Part shown: positions 1-8,799 of the stretch, piece after piece
How positions within the stretch are numbered: the stretch's first letter is position 1
Layout of the letters: each line of letters starts with the position of its first letter
From: an uncultured virus (IMG/VR IMGVR_UViG_3300033143_001932)
Lineage: Duplodnaviria; Heunggongvirae; Uroviricota; Caudoviricetes; Crassvirales
Virus record (IMG/VR): IMGVR_UViG_3300033143_001932
DNA length: 64,000 nucleotides
Direction: 5' to 3' (one strand)
The notes under the pieces: generated by a model
Seen by the model: only the letters and a program-made list of their open reading frames with translations
What the model was told of the DNA's origin: nothing
Database searches by the model: none
Made by a program: the position numbers and the translations under genes

Positions 1-4
1 AATT

Positions 5-610
5 ATGGCAACAATACCAAGTAATGAGCAGTTTGTAGGGATTAACGCCTCTCAAGACTTAACAGAGAGAAGTTCTGCTCAAACGAATAGTGCAAGAGAA
101 ATATATACCTATGCAGAACTAATGGCAGGAGCCACTGGAGCCACCGAACTAGAAAGTGGGACAGGTGGAATTTTTGCAGGAGTAAGCAAATTAGGAGCCA
201 CCTACAATATAGGGGGTGTTGAGTATGACTCTTATAACTTAAAGTGTATTGTGTCTCTAACTCCCGAAGCTACAGTTCATATTGTAACAATAGGGTCTAT
301 CGAAGTAGGCGCGGGAAACATATTTTTCATTAACAACCGATCTAATATTGAGTCTGTAGACTTTAATGGATTAGGAGGGTATACAAATAACCCATTAAAC
401 CTTGGAGCGATGGTTGATGATGCCACAGACACATCACGACCACTAGCAGGATTATTTTACGTTAATCAAGAAAACGTACCAACCTATCCTGTAGAGTTTA
501 ATGCGATGTATATTATAGCCGCAGATGCAGCAAATTTCGAGGCAGATGTGTATGTGGACATGGACTTTATCGCTCAAAAAGATACAACCGTAGAATTTAC
601 AATAGCTTAA
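5..610 (+). CDS. virion structural/tail-associated protein (hypothetical)
   Basis: 201-aa ORF, acidic and Gly/beta-rich, in the late + strand block. Confidence 0.5.
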   Translation: MATIPSNEQFVGINASQDLTERSSAQTNSAREIYTYAELMAGATGATELESGTGGIFAGVSKLGATYNIGGVEYDSYNLKCIVSLTPEATVHIVTIGSIEVGAGNIFFINNRSNIESVDFNGLGGYTNNPLNLGAMVDDATDTSRPLAGLFYVNQENVPTYPVEFNAMYIIAADAANFEADVYVDMDFIAQKDTTVEFTIA

Positions 611-619
611 AAATAAATA

Positions 620-1045
620 ATGGAAAGAATAATAACAGTAACAGACGATAAAGGAACGGTTCTTAGACCTATAGATGCAACTTTTGAAGTAGACTACAAG
701 TATTCGGGAGAAGCTGCACCTGAAAGAGTATTAGAAGGTGAAGTGAAAAGAGGGGGAGTAGTTGCGAACCCATTTCCTGAAGCTGACCCTACAAAAACTT
801 TGGAGTATTCAGAAATATCAATTACAGTTAAAGACAAACCAGGGGGATGGGATGCTTATTCATCAAAGTCTCGTAGATTTGCGGGGAGAATTCCTGTGAA
901 AGATTCTCCTAAAGAAGGCGTAGATATGCAATTACCATTTAAGGGTGTAATACCGACTACAAAACAAGAGAAAAGAGAAGCGTTACAAAATAGAAGAGAC
1001 GTTATTTTTAATGCTCTTGAAAAAATATACCCGCCCAAAAAATAG
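620..1045 (+). CDS. hypothetical protein
   Basis: 141-aa ORF with A-rich initiation region, tightly packed with neighbours. Confidence 0.6.
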   Translation: MERIITVTDDKGTVLRPIDATFEVDYKYSGEAAPERVLEGEVKRGGVVANPFPEADPTKTLEYSEISITVKDKPGGWDAYSSKSRRFAGRIPVKDSPKEGVDMQLPFKGVIPTTKQEKREALQNRRDVIFNALEKIYPPKK

Positions 1046-1050
1046 AAACA

Positions 1051-1305
1051 ATGTTAAATAACTTAGTATATGCTATATGCAATATTGCAACAGATTTGCA
1101 AAACATTGATTTTTCACAAGTAGGGCAAAGTTCAGCTGGAACAATTAGAAGAAGTTTAGATGATACTCTTTTTGTAATTAAATACAATATAGAGCCTACA
1201 TTTATAAAGGACGGCACTGTTGTACCAAGTCAAACGTTAACACATGAAGAAGCACTTACCTTAATGAGTACCCCAGCCTGGGAAGAACCTATTCCTGAAC
1301 AATAA
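1051..1305 (+). CDS. small phage protein, possibly tail-fibre associated
   Basis: 84 aa with IDFSQV...TIRRSLD...FVIKY and a C-terminal W; resembles small proteins seen beside tail genes in aquatic phages. Confidence 0.55.
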   Translation: MLNNLVYAICNIATDLQNIDFSQVGQSSAGTIRRSLDDTLFVIKYNIEPTFIKDGTVVPSQTLTHEEALTLMSTPAWEEPIPEQ

Positions 1306-1311
1306 AAGGAG

Positions 1312-1683
1312 ATGTCGCCCGATGAAATACATATAAACATTAAGGATGTTATATATATCATTGGATTTATTGTAACTTTATTAACAGCGTGGTTTAAATT
1401 AAAGCACGACAATGATAGGCAAACGGAAAAAATTAAAGAATTAAGTGTCCGGGCTGATCGTTATTACAACGAATGTAAAGAGGAATTTATGAACGCTAAA
1501 AACGGCAGAGTATCTATTCGTAGAGATATAGACACTAGAATGGAAAAATTAAACGAGGTTATTCAATCTAATAAAGACCTGGTTAATTCTGAAATGAAAG
1601 AAATGTCCACAGCTATTAATAAAGTTAAATCAGACACAGCAGAAATAAAAGGGATGATATCAACCCTTCTAAATAAAAAGTAA
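1312..1683 (+). CDS. membrane-anchored coiled-coil protein of lysis cassette (holin/antiholin-like)
   Basis: single N-terminal TM helix (VIYIIGFIVTLLTAWF) followed by a coiled coil; stop overlaps the endolysin start. Confidence 0.55.
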   Translation: MSPDEIHINIKDVIYIIGFIVTLLTAWFKLKHDNDRQTEKIKELSVRADRYYNECKEEFMNAKNGRVSIRRDIDTRMEKLNEVIQSNKDLVNSEMKEMSTAINKVKSDTAEIKGMISTLLNKK

Positions 1684-2285
1684 TGAAAGGCGTATCTACG
1701 TATGATGTTATTAGATCTTTAAAAAGACTTAATTATTCAGTATATGAGCATGACTCAAAACCTTACAACCTTAACATAGTAGGGATTAGAGCAACCAATC
1801 CAGTTGTTAACGACTTCAACGATTTAATGTGTGTTTTTTGGAAATTCAAAGGAAATTGGAATGCATACAAAATGGTTTGCACTACCTTACCAGGATTAAA
1901 ATATTTAGAAACACCTCTCAACCCGGCTGGATGTGCAATACTCGTACCCAACCAATATAAGGGGGTTTATTGTGTTGATAAACATAATGGGAAGTATGAC
2001 GCTTTATGTCAGCGACTGGGAGATGTTACAGTTTATCGAGATGATGACAAAGATCAAAATTATGACATGATAGACGTGTCAGAACAAACAGGAATGTTTG
2101 GAATAAATATTCATCAAGCTGATGATGAGTTTAGTATAGACCATGTAAATGGTTATTCAGCTGGTTGCCAAGTAATTCAAAATCCAAAGGAATATGAGAT
2201 TCATATGGATATTGTGAAAATGTCAGCCGAAGTATGGGGAAATAGTTTCACCTATACATTAATTAACGAAAAAGATTTATTATGA
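1683..2285 (+). CDS. putative endolysin, L,D-transpeptidase (YkuD)-like His/Cys peptidase
   Basis: GINIHQA...SAGCQV catalytic-type motif and YNLNIVGIR N-terminal motif; flanked by membrane proteins. Confidence 0.7.
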   Translation: MKGVSTYDVIRSLKRLNYSVYEHDSKPYNLNIVGIRATNPVVNDFNDLMCVFWKFKGNWNAYKMVCTTLPGLKYLETPLNPAGCAILVPNQYKGVYCVDKHNGKYDALCQRLGDVTVYRDDDKDQNYDMIDVSEQTGMFGINIHQADDEFSIDHVNGYSAGCQVIQNPKEYEIHMDIVKMSAEVWGNSFTYTLINEKDLL

Positions 2286-2461
2286 AAAATAGGTTATTCT
2301 CAAACTACGTTACCACTATATTAGGTGTGTTGATTATTATTTTTTGCGGTGTTATGCTGTTTATGGAAAAAGCCACGCCTATGGACATGTCTGGCTGGCT
2401 TGCAGTTGGATTATTGTTTTTAAGATCAAAAGATTCTTTAATTGCACTTCCTAAAGAGTAG
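2282..2461 (+). CDS. putative holin, 59 aa, 2 TM (not in ORF track)
   Basis: MKNRLFSNYVTTILGVLIIIFCGVMLFMEKATPMDMSGWLAVGLLFLRSKDSLIALPKE; ATGA overlap with the endolysin stop. Confidence 0.7.
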   Translation: MKNRLFSNYVTTILGVLIIIFCGVMLFMEKATPMDMSGWLAVGLLFLRSKDSLIALPKE

Positions 2462-2882
2462 CATATTAATTTTATTGTTAGTAGCCTGTTCACCTCAAAA
2501 AAGGATGAATAGGCTTATTAGCAAACATCCTGAATTACTCGAACAAGATACTTTAAATTTAATTTTACATGATACTGTAGTAATAGAATCAGTTTCACAC
2601 GATACTACTACTCAGCTTATTTATCATGACTCTACGATTATAGTTAATAATGAAAAAGTATTTGCTAAGTATTATTATGACACTATCACACGAGAGTTTC
2701 ATCATTACGTGGAATGCAAAGGAGATACAGTTACTATTATTAAAGAAATAGCTATTCCTTTTGAGAAAGTAGTTATCAAGGAATTAACTTGGTGGCAGAA
2801 ATATGGAAGCATTATTCTTATACTTTCTTTTTTATTTCTGTTTTTGCTCATCCTAAAGAGGTTTGGAAAATTATTATTATAA
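2442..2882 (+). CDS. putative unimolecular spanin (lipoprotein with C-terminal TM)
   Basis: signal peptide with lipobox LLVA-C, beta-rich middle, C-terminal hydrophobic helix; last gene of the lysis cassette. Confidence 0.65.
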   Translation: MHFLKSSILILLLVACSPQKRMNRLISKHPELLEQDTLNLILHDTVVIESVSHDTTTQLIYHDSTIIVNNEKVFAKYYYDTITREFHHYVECKGDTVTIIKEIAIPFEKVVIKELTWWQKYGSIILILSFLFLFLLILKRFGKLLL

Positions 2883-2887
2883 ATTAC

Positions 2888-2895
2888 TATCTTTG
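2888..2895 (+). promoter_or_regulatory. Bacteroidota-type -7 promoter element TATCTTTG
   Basis: matches TAnnTTTG; intergenic, 17 nt before ATG 2912. Confidence 0.7.
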
Positions 2896-2911
2896 TATAA
2901 ACACAATTATT

Positions 2912-3133
2912 ATGGCACATAAAAGAGATTTAAGCAGCCCGCTTGCGGCTACACCTGATTTTAATTTTTTAAAACCAGATCCAGACAAAAAAGCAGCTAG
3001 GCAAGCTAAGAAAAAGGCCAGGAAAAATGCTAGAGGTGCTCGTAAAGCTTTGAAAAGCTCTAAAAGACTAGAGGCTGGAAAAGGAAAAGGGGTTCAACCC
3101 GTACAGGAAAAATATTATCCTTTAAATGATTAA
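2912..3133 (+). CDS. small basic protein (true start probably 2912, MAHKRDLSSPLAATPDF)
   Basis: ATG downstream of the promoter; K/R-rich with KAARQAK motif. Confidence 0.65.
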   Translation: MAHKRDLSSPLAATPDFNFLKPDPDKKAARQAKKKARKNARGARKALKSSKRLEAGKGKGVQPVQEKYYPLND

Positions 3134-3135
3134 AA

Positions 3136-3447
3136 ATGAGAGAACCTAAATACAATAGTATAGGCTTTAAAGATTCTTTTATTGATCGTGAGGAGAGAAA
3201 AGCGGCTAGGCAAGCTAAAAGAAAGAAACGTAGAGAGGATTGGAAAAAGCGAAACGAACTCACTTCTTATGTAGTGGGTCAAAACGAACAAGGGAACGAT
3301 ATTATTAGAGTTACAACTAATAAGAGAAAGAAGAGGATGGAAAAACAAGCGGATCGCAACAAAAGACGTAATGAAAGAAAAGCTAACACAAAAAAATCCA
3401 AGGGGAAGAAAGTTAAACAAACAAGGAGAGTTAGAGCTCAATTTTAA
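3136..3447 (+). CDS. small highly basic protein
   Basis: 103 aa, K/R-rich; shares KAARQAK with the upstream gene. Confidence 0.65.
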   Translation: MREPKYNSIGFKDSFIDREERKAARQAKRKKRREDWKKRNELTSYVVGQNEQGNDIIRVTTNKRKKRMEKQADRNKRRNERKANTKKSKGKKVKQTRRVRAQF

Positions 3448-3484
3448 TCATGCCAAGTAAAGTGATATTTAAAAAGAAAAAGAA

Positions 3485-5113
3485 ATGACCAAGATTGCTT
3501 TATACCCAACTACTTTACCAGAACTAACTGATATGTTAATTGGTACTGACGTTAATAATAATAACGCAACCAAAAACTTTACTGTAGGAGATGTGGTAGA
3601 TTTAGCCACTGGCGGTGGAGGTGGACCAGGGATTTTTGGATCTACTTATTTTGTAGCTCCGGAAGGTGATGACGCCACAGGTACGGTGGGAACTTTGTCT
3701 AAACCATGGAAGACTATTTCAGCGGCCAGGGATCAAGCGGTAGAAGATGGTTTGCCTAGTTCTTTAATATTTGTGTATCCAGGTGAATATAATGAAGCGG
3801 AAATTCAATACCCTAATGGTCAGTTATATCTTTCACCAGGCGCTCTTATTGTTCCTCCTCCACAAATTAATGGTCAATTGACAGCCGGTGTAACAGCTAT
3901 AAATCAAGTATTAAAAAAGTTTAGATTCAATGGAAACTGGGCAGCTTATTTAGAAGTTGGCTCTAGGTTTATTGTTAATGAAGGTGGGTTAAATCAGATT
4001 CCATTTACTATAGTAACTGTAGAGGATGATGGGGCTGAAACCGTCATAGAAGTGTTGGAAGACATTCCATCTCCATTACTTTTAGGATACTTGCGAAATA
4101 CGGCTGCGGTTATAGCTTTAGGAGTAATTCCTTTAAATGCTCCCGTTACCAGTTCTTCGGAAAAGTTCTCAGTTTTTGGCGAAGGAGATATTAATGTATT
4201 AGAAAGTGTAGATAACAATTGGGCTGGAGGTATAGTGAGAAGCGAGGGGACTTCAGAATTTTATGGTGAAGCTGTAAGCTGGAGACAAGAACAAGGTGTA
4301 ATGTTAACCGCTTTAGATAGTTCTAAGTTAGTTTTTAATGGTAGTCTAATGGAGATATACGGTGCCGGTGGATATATTTGTACCGCCAGAGACACCTCTC
4401 AAACAACTTTTAATTTTGATAGAATTAAAAATTCAGGTAGTTGGACTTTTTACTGTAGAGGAGGTAATACACCAAGTTTCTCAGGAACATGTGTAGTTAC
4501 AGCTAATAGGATTACTCAAACAGGAGCTTTTCAAGTTTATGCAGTACAGGATATGGTGGATGGAGCTAACGTGGTTGTAAACTGTCCTATTGTGGAGTGT
4601 GAAAACTATATAGTAAACTTTAATGATATTTCAGGAGGCTCGTACATAGTTAATGGGAATTTATTTTCTACTACCGCAACAGGGAATGGATTAATAGGTC
4701 AAAATATGTCAGGAGGTAGTATTACTATCAACGGAAACATAACCACAGAAACTGGTCGGGCAATTCTAACCCTAGGCGGTATGACTGGGGGAGATATAAG
4801 ACTTAATGGAGAGTTGAGTTGTCCAAGCGGAAACGATATTGATTTAGTAGAGATAACCGGGACAGGAACTAATTACTATTTAGATGGATCTATAACAAAC
4901 ACTAATGGCGGAACCTGTGTTGGAATTACCAAAAAGGGAGGTAATTTAGTGATAGGAAATTTAAAGATTCTTTGTGACGGAGATAGCATTGACGCCACTA
5001 CACCACAAGATATTAATGTAATTCACAGCCTAGCAGCCAACACAGCTCTAGACGCTAACATTACAAATATAGTTACAGGTAGTAATGTAATAATTGATGC
5101 AAACGTAATATAA
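3485..5113 (+). CDS. tail fibre/spike with pectin-lyase-like beta-helix
   Basis: N-terminal MTKIALYP..DMLIGTD attachment motif; YFVAPEGDDATG..SKPWKTISAA..IFVYPGEY beta-helix cap; G/N/T-rich repeats. Confidence 0.7.
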   Translation: MTKIALYPTTLPELTDMLIGTDVNNNNATKNFTVGDVVDLATGGGGGPGIFGSTYFVAPEGDDATGTVGTLSKPWKTISAARDQAVEDGLPSSLIFVYPGEYNEAEIQYPNGQLYLSPGALIVPPPQINGQLTAGVTAINQVLKKFRFNGNWAAYLEVGSRFIVNEGGLNQIPFTIVTVEDDGAETVIEVLEDIPSPLLLGYLRNTAAVIALGVIPLNAPVTSSSEKFSVFGEGDINVLESVDNNWAGGIVRSEGTSEFYGEAVSWRQEQGVMLTALDSSKLVFNGSLMEIYGAGGYICTARDTSQTTFNFDRIKNSGSWTFYCRGGNTPSFSGTCVVTANRITQTGAFQVYAVQDMVDGANVVVNCPIVECENYIVNFNDISGGSYIVNGNLFSTTATGNGLIGQNMSGGSITINGNITTETGRAILTLGGMTGGDIRLNGELSCPSGNDIDLVEITGTGTNYYLDGSITNTNGGTCVGITKKGGNLVIGNLKILCDGDSIDATTPQDINVIHSLAANTALDANITNIVTGSNVIIDANVI

Positions 5114-5122
5114 ATATAAGCT

Positions 5123-5248
5123 ATGGCAAACCCGATTGAAACATCAAACCAAGAGGCTGACGAGATATATTTTAAATTGTTTGGATACTATCCTTCGGAT
5201 GTTCCTCCCAATCCTAATGTACCTACACCTCCAGAAGGTAGAAAATAA
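5123..5248 (+). CDS. 41-aa Pro-rich hypothetical protein (not in ORF track)
   Basis: MANPIETSNQEADEIYFKLFGYYPSDVPPNPNVPTPPEGRK fills the intergenic gap. Confidence 0.45.
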   Translation: MANPIETSNQEADEIYFKLFGYYPSDVPPNPNVPTPPEGRK

Positions 5249-5275
5249 ATTAATAATAAAATAAAATAAAATAAA

Positions 5276-5533
5276 ATGTCAAAAAACAAACTAGATTCTT
5301 CGGAGTTAGAAAAACTTCGTACACTCAATAAACAAGTATTTGATTCTATGTCTAAATTAGGTGAAGTTGAATTTGCTATACACAACATGGAGGACAAAAA
5401 GAAGTCTTTACTTGAAGATCACAAAACAGCAAGAAGATATTTACAGGCAGAACAAAAAGCTTTAGCAGAAAAATACGGAGAAGGGCGTGTAGACCTGGAC
5501 ACTGGATCTGTTCAAGAAGATGTCAATAGTTAG
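5276..5533 (+). CDS. small coiled-coil protein (possible tail-fibre chaperone)
   Basis: 85-aa coiled coil ending in LAEKYGEGRVDLDTG. Confidence 0.55.
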   Translation: MSKNKLDSSELEKLRTLNKQVFDSMSKLGEVEFAIHNMEDKKKSLLEDHKTARRYLQAEQKALAEKYGEGRVDLDTGSVQEDVNS

Positions 5534-5744
5534 AAAAATTTCTATAGGAAGTGATTACACTAACTCTATGAATTACGTTGTAGGTCAGCCTGTACTTCGC
5601 GTATACACAATTCATTTAATTAAAAAAAATCACTCTCAACAAGAAGTTGAAATATATATCGAGCATGAAAATGGAGAAATAACACTCTGGAAAAGCGTTA
5701 GTATGACTATGCCTTTTTTGATAGAGTATAATATTAATTTTTAA
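5520..5744 (+). CDS. hypothetical phage protein
   Basis: 74 aa, MSIVRKISIG...IEYNINF; translationally coupled to neighbours. Confidence 0.6.
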   Translation: MSIVRKISIGSDYTNSMNYVVGQPVLRVYTIHLIKKNHSQQEVEIYIEHENGEITLWKSVSMTMPFLIEYNINF

Positions 5745-6340
5745 TGAAGTCTCCTTATTGTTTTGTAGTATCTCCCGTAGACGGTGTTAAGTATAATATA
5801 TTTAGTCAATATGGTGATGGAAAATTAATTACCAGTACGTCTAAAGAAAATCACTTAGCTACTAATAGGTTTGGAATTGTTAAATCTATTCCTTTAAATT
5901 ATGGAGGGGATGTAGAAGTAGGCGATACAGTTGTAGTTCATCACAATGTGTTTAGAAAATACTACGACATGAAGGGTAGAGAGCGATCAGGTCCCTGTCA
6001 TTTTAAACATGATATATATATTGTAGAAGTAGATCAAGTGTATTTACACTTAAATAATAATGAATGGAAATGTCCTGAACCTTATTGCTTTTTAAAGCCA
6101 TTAGCAAAAGTTCATCAAGATTTATTATCTTTAGAAACAGAAGAAAAAGAAGTTGGAGAACTTGTATTTCTTAATACAGAGTTAATTCGTTTAGGTTTAA
6201 AAAAAGGGGATGTAGTATCTTTTTTACCTGATTCAGAGTATGAATTTACAATAGATGGAGAGAAGTTATACCGTATGAGGACACGGAACATAACTGTAAA
6301 TCTTACTCAATGGAAAGTCAGAAACTTAAAGAACGAATAA
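5744..6340 (+). CDS. GroES-like (tandem co-chaperonin-fold) protein
   Basis: two GroES-like units (GIVKSIP..VEVGDTVVVHH and GELVFLN..LKKGDVVSF..EFTIDGEKLYRM). Confidence 0.55.
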   Translation: MKSPYCFVVSPVDGVKYNIFSQYGDGKLITSTSKENHLATNRFGIVKSIPLNYGGDVEVGDTVVVHHNVFRKYYDMKGRERSGPCHFKHDIYIVEVDQVYLHLNNNEWKCPEPYCFLKPLAKVHQDLLSLETEEKEVGELVFLNTELIRLGLKKGDVVSFLPDSEYEFTIDGEKLYRMRTRNITVNLTQWKVRNLKNE

Positions 6341-6582
6341 TAAGCGCTGGTCGCGTGGCTGTAACTCAATTAATTGCAGTCGCAGAAGAGCGTATTATAT
6401 CGCCAGATCCTGAAGATGATTTGGCAGCAGATAGATTAAAGAATGCGGCAGCTACTAAAAAGCTCGCAATTTTTGATGCATTTGAAATATTGTCCAGAAT
6501 TGAAGACGAGCAAGCTATGTTAGAGGGTAGGACTTTACAGAAAAAAGTTTCAAGTGGTTTTGCTGAAAAAAGAGCGTCATGA
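6310..6582 (+). CDS. putative terminase small subunit
   Basis: 90-aa helical protein overlapping the start of the large terminase. Confidence 0.5.
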   Translation: MESQKLKERIISAGRVAVTQLIAVAEERIISPDPEDDLAADRLKNAAATKKLAIFDAFEILSRIEDEQAMLEGRTLQKKVSSGFAEKRAS

Positions 6583-8798
6583 ATCTAGACTTATACACTA
6601 TAGAAACAAACCTTATACCCAAAACCGTTTTGGTAAATGGGAATAAGCACAAATCCTGGAAATATGGATATAACGAAAAGTATGATGTTGTTATAGTGTC
6701 TAAAGATGGAACATTAGGAGAGGTTTACAATATTCAGGGATTAAAAGTAGGCTTACCATTAGCTCCAAATGGTTTAAAAACCGGTGCAAATAAATGGGAG
6801 GTTCAAGATATTCCCGAAACATTAATAAAGATTAGAAGTATTTTTGAGTGGAACAAAAGAGATGAAGCTTTTAAAAATAAGTGGATTGAATATATTGAAG
6901 GTGAGTTTGATAAACGCGAGGATGGTTATTGGTTTGTAAACAACAACAAGCCTACATATATAACTGGAACTCATTATATGTATCTTCAATGGACTAAAAT
7001 AGATATTGGCAAGCCTGAGTTTAGGGAAGCTAATAGAATTTTTTATTTGTTCTGGGAAGCGTGTGTAGCTGACCACAGATCTTTCGGGATGTGCTATTTA
7101 AAAAATAGGCGTTCCGGTTTTTCATTTATGAGCTCATGTGAAGGAGTGAATACAGCTACTCAGAGTCGTAATTCGCGAATAGGTATACTTTCTAAAACAG
7201 GAACAGATGCTAAAAAAATGTTTACAGACAAGGTGGTTCCAATATCTAATAATTATCCTTTCTTTTTCAAACCCATACAAGATGGTATGGATAAGCCTAA
7301 AACAGAGTTAGGATATAGAGTCCCGGCCTCTAAAATAACAAGAAACAATTTAGATCATGTAGAGGAAGTTAGTTTAGATGGTTTAGATACAGTAATAGAT
7401 TGGAAAAACACCTCTGACAATAGTTATGATGGTGAAAAATTAAAGCGTTTAATTCACGATGAAAGCGGTAAGTGGGAAAGACCGGAAAACATAAAGAACA
7501 ACTGGCGAGTAACTAAAACCTGTTTGCGTCTAGGTCGTAAAATCGTAGGAAAATGTTTAATGGGTTCTACGTCTAATGCTTTAGATAAAGGGGGGCAAAA
7601 CTTTAAGGATTTGTATGAAGACGCTAAAGTTGAAACTAGGAATGCTAATGGTCAAACTAAAACGGGACTATACGCACTATTTATCCCTATGGAATGGAAT
7701 TTTGAGGGATATTTAGATGAGTATGGTATGCCTGTTTTTTACACACCTGAAACCCCCGTGAGAGGTATAGATGGGGAAATGATAAAGACGGGAGTTATTG
7801 ATTATTGGAATAATGAAGTAGAATCATTAAAAAATGATGCAGACGCTTTAAATGAGTTTTATCGTCAATTCCCTAGAACAGAAGAGCATGCGTTTAGAGA
7901 TGAGAGTAAGAATTCACTATTTAATTTGACTAAGATTTATCAACAAATGGATTACAATGATAATTTAGTTAAGTCTCATTATTTAACAAGAGGAAGATTT
8001 CATTGGAAAAATGGAGAAAAAGATACAGAAGTAATTTGGGAGCCCGACAATCACGGGAGATTTTTAGTTTCATGGCTTCCGCCAGCCCACTTACAAAACC
8101 GAATACAATTTAGGAGAGGCGTGAAGTATCCTGGTAATGAGCATATTGGGGCTTTTGGTTGTGATCCTTATGACATATCCGCGACAGTAGATGGAAGGGG
8201 GTCTAATGGTTCGCTGCATGGAAAAACAAGCTTTACTTTAGATGAGGCGCCTAGTGATGAGTTTTTTTTAGAATATGTAGCTCGACCTCAAACAGCGGAG
8301 ATATTTTTTGAAGAAGTGTTAATGGCTTGTGTGTTTTACGGAATGCCTGCCTTAATTGAGAATAACAAAACCCGACTATTATATCATTTTAAAAACAGAG
8401 GTTATAGGGGGTTTTCTATGAATAGGATAGATAAGAAATTTAATAAGCTATCTAACTCTGAAAAGGAATTAGGAGGAATGCCAAACTCTTCGGAAGATAT
8501 AAAACAAGCTCACGCTTCATCTATTGAGACTTATATTGAAAGGAGAGTAGGATTAGATTTGTCAGAAAGATATCGTGATCCAGACGAAATGGGCTCTATG
8601 TATTTTAATAGAACCTTAAAGGATTGGGCTAGATTTGACATTAACAAACGAACTAAATTTGATGCCTCTATTAGTTCAGGATTAGCCATTATGGCCACGC
8701 AAAAACATGTTTATACACCTCAACGGCAAGAGTCAAAAATAAGCATTAACTTTGCAAAGTATAAAAACACAGGAATGGTTAGTGAAATTATAAAGTAA
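6579..8798 (+). CDS. terL: terminase large subunit
   Basis: LKNRRSGFS Walker-A-like and LIHDESGK Walker-B motifs, MGST coupling motif, FGCDPYD nuclease motif and LIENNK. Confidence 0.9.
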   Translation: MNLDLYTIETNLIPKTVLVNGNKHKSWKYGYNEKYDVVIVSKDGTLGEVYNIQGLKVGLPLAPNGLKTGANKWEVQDIPETLIKIRSIFEWNKRDEAFKNKWIEYIEGEFDKREDGYWFVNNNKPTYITGTHYMYLQWTKIDIGKPEFREANRIFYLFWEACVADHRSFGMCYLKNRRSGFSFMSSCEGVNTATQSRNSRIGILSKTGTDAKKMFTDKVVPISNNYPFFFKPIQDGMDKPKTELGYRVPASKITRNNLDHVEEVSLDGLDTVIDWKNTSDNSYDGEKLKRLIHDESGKWERPENIKNNWRVTKTCLRLGRKIVGKCLMGSTSNALDKGGQNFKDLYEDAKVETRNANGQTKTGLYALFIPMEWNFEGYLDEYGMPVFYTPETPVRGIDGEMIKTGVIDYWNNEVESLKNDADALNEFYRQFPRTEEHAFRDESKNSLFNLTKIYQQMDYNDNLVKSHYLTRGRFHWKNGEKDTEVIWEPDNHGRFLVSWLPPAHLQNRIQFRRGVKYPGNEHIGAFGCDPYDISATVDGRGSNGSLHGKTSFTLDEAPSDEFFLEYVARPQTAEIFFEEVLMACVFYGMPALIENNKTRLLYHFKNRGYRGFSMNRIDKKFNKLSNSEKELGGMPNSSEDIKQAHASSIETYIERRVGLDLSERYRDPDEMGSMYFNRTLKDWARFDINKRTKFDASISSGLAIMATQKHVYTPQRQESKISINFAKYKNTGMVSEIIK

Positions 8799-8799
8799 A

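Noticed and set aside
3450..3488. 12-codon ORF MPSKVIFKKKKK overlapping the tail-spike start
   Set aside because: Too short to support; may only reflect the A-rich leader
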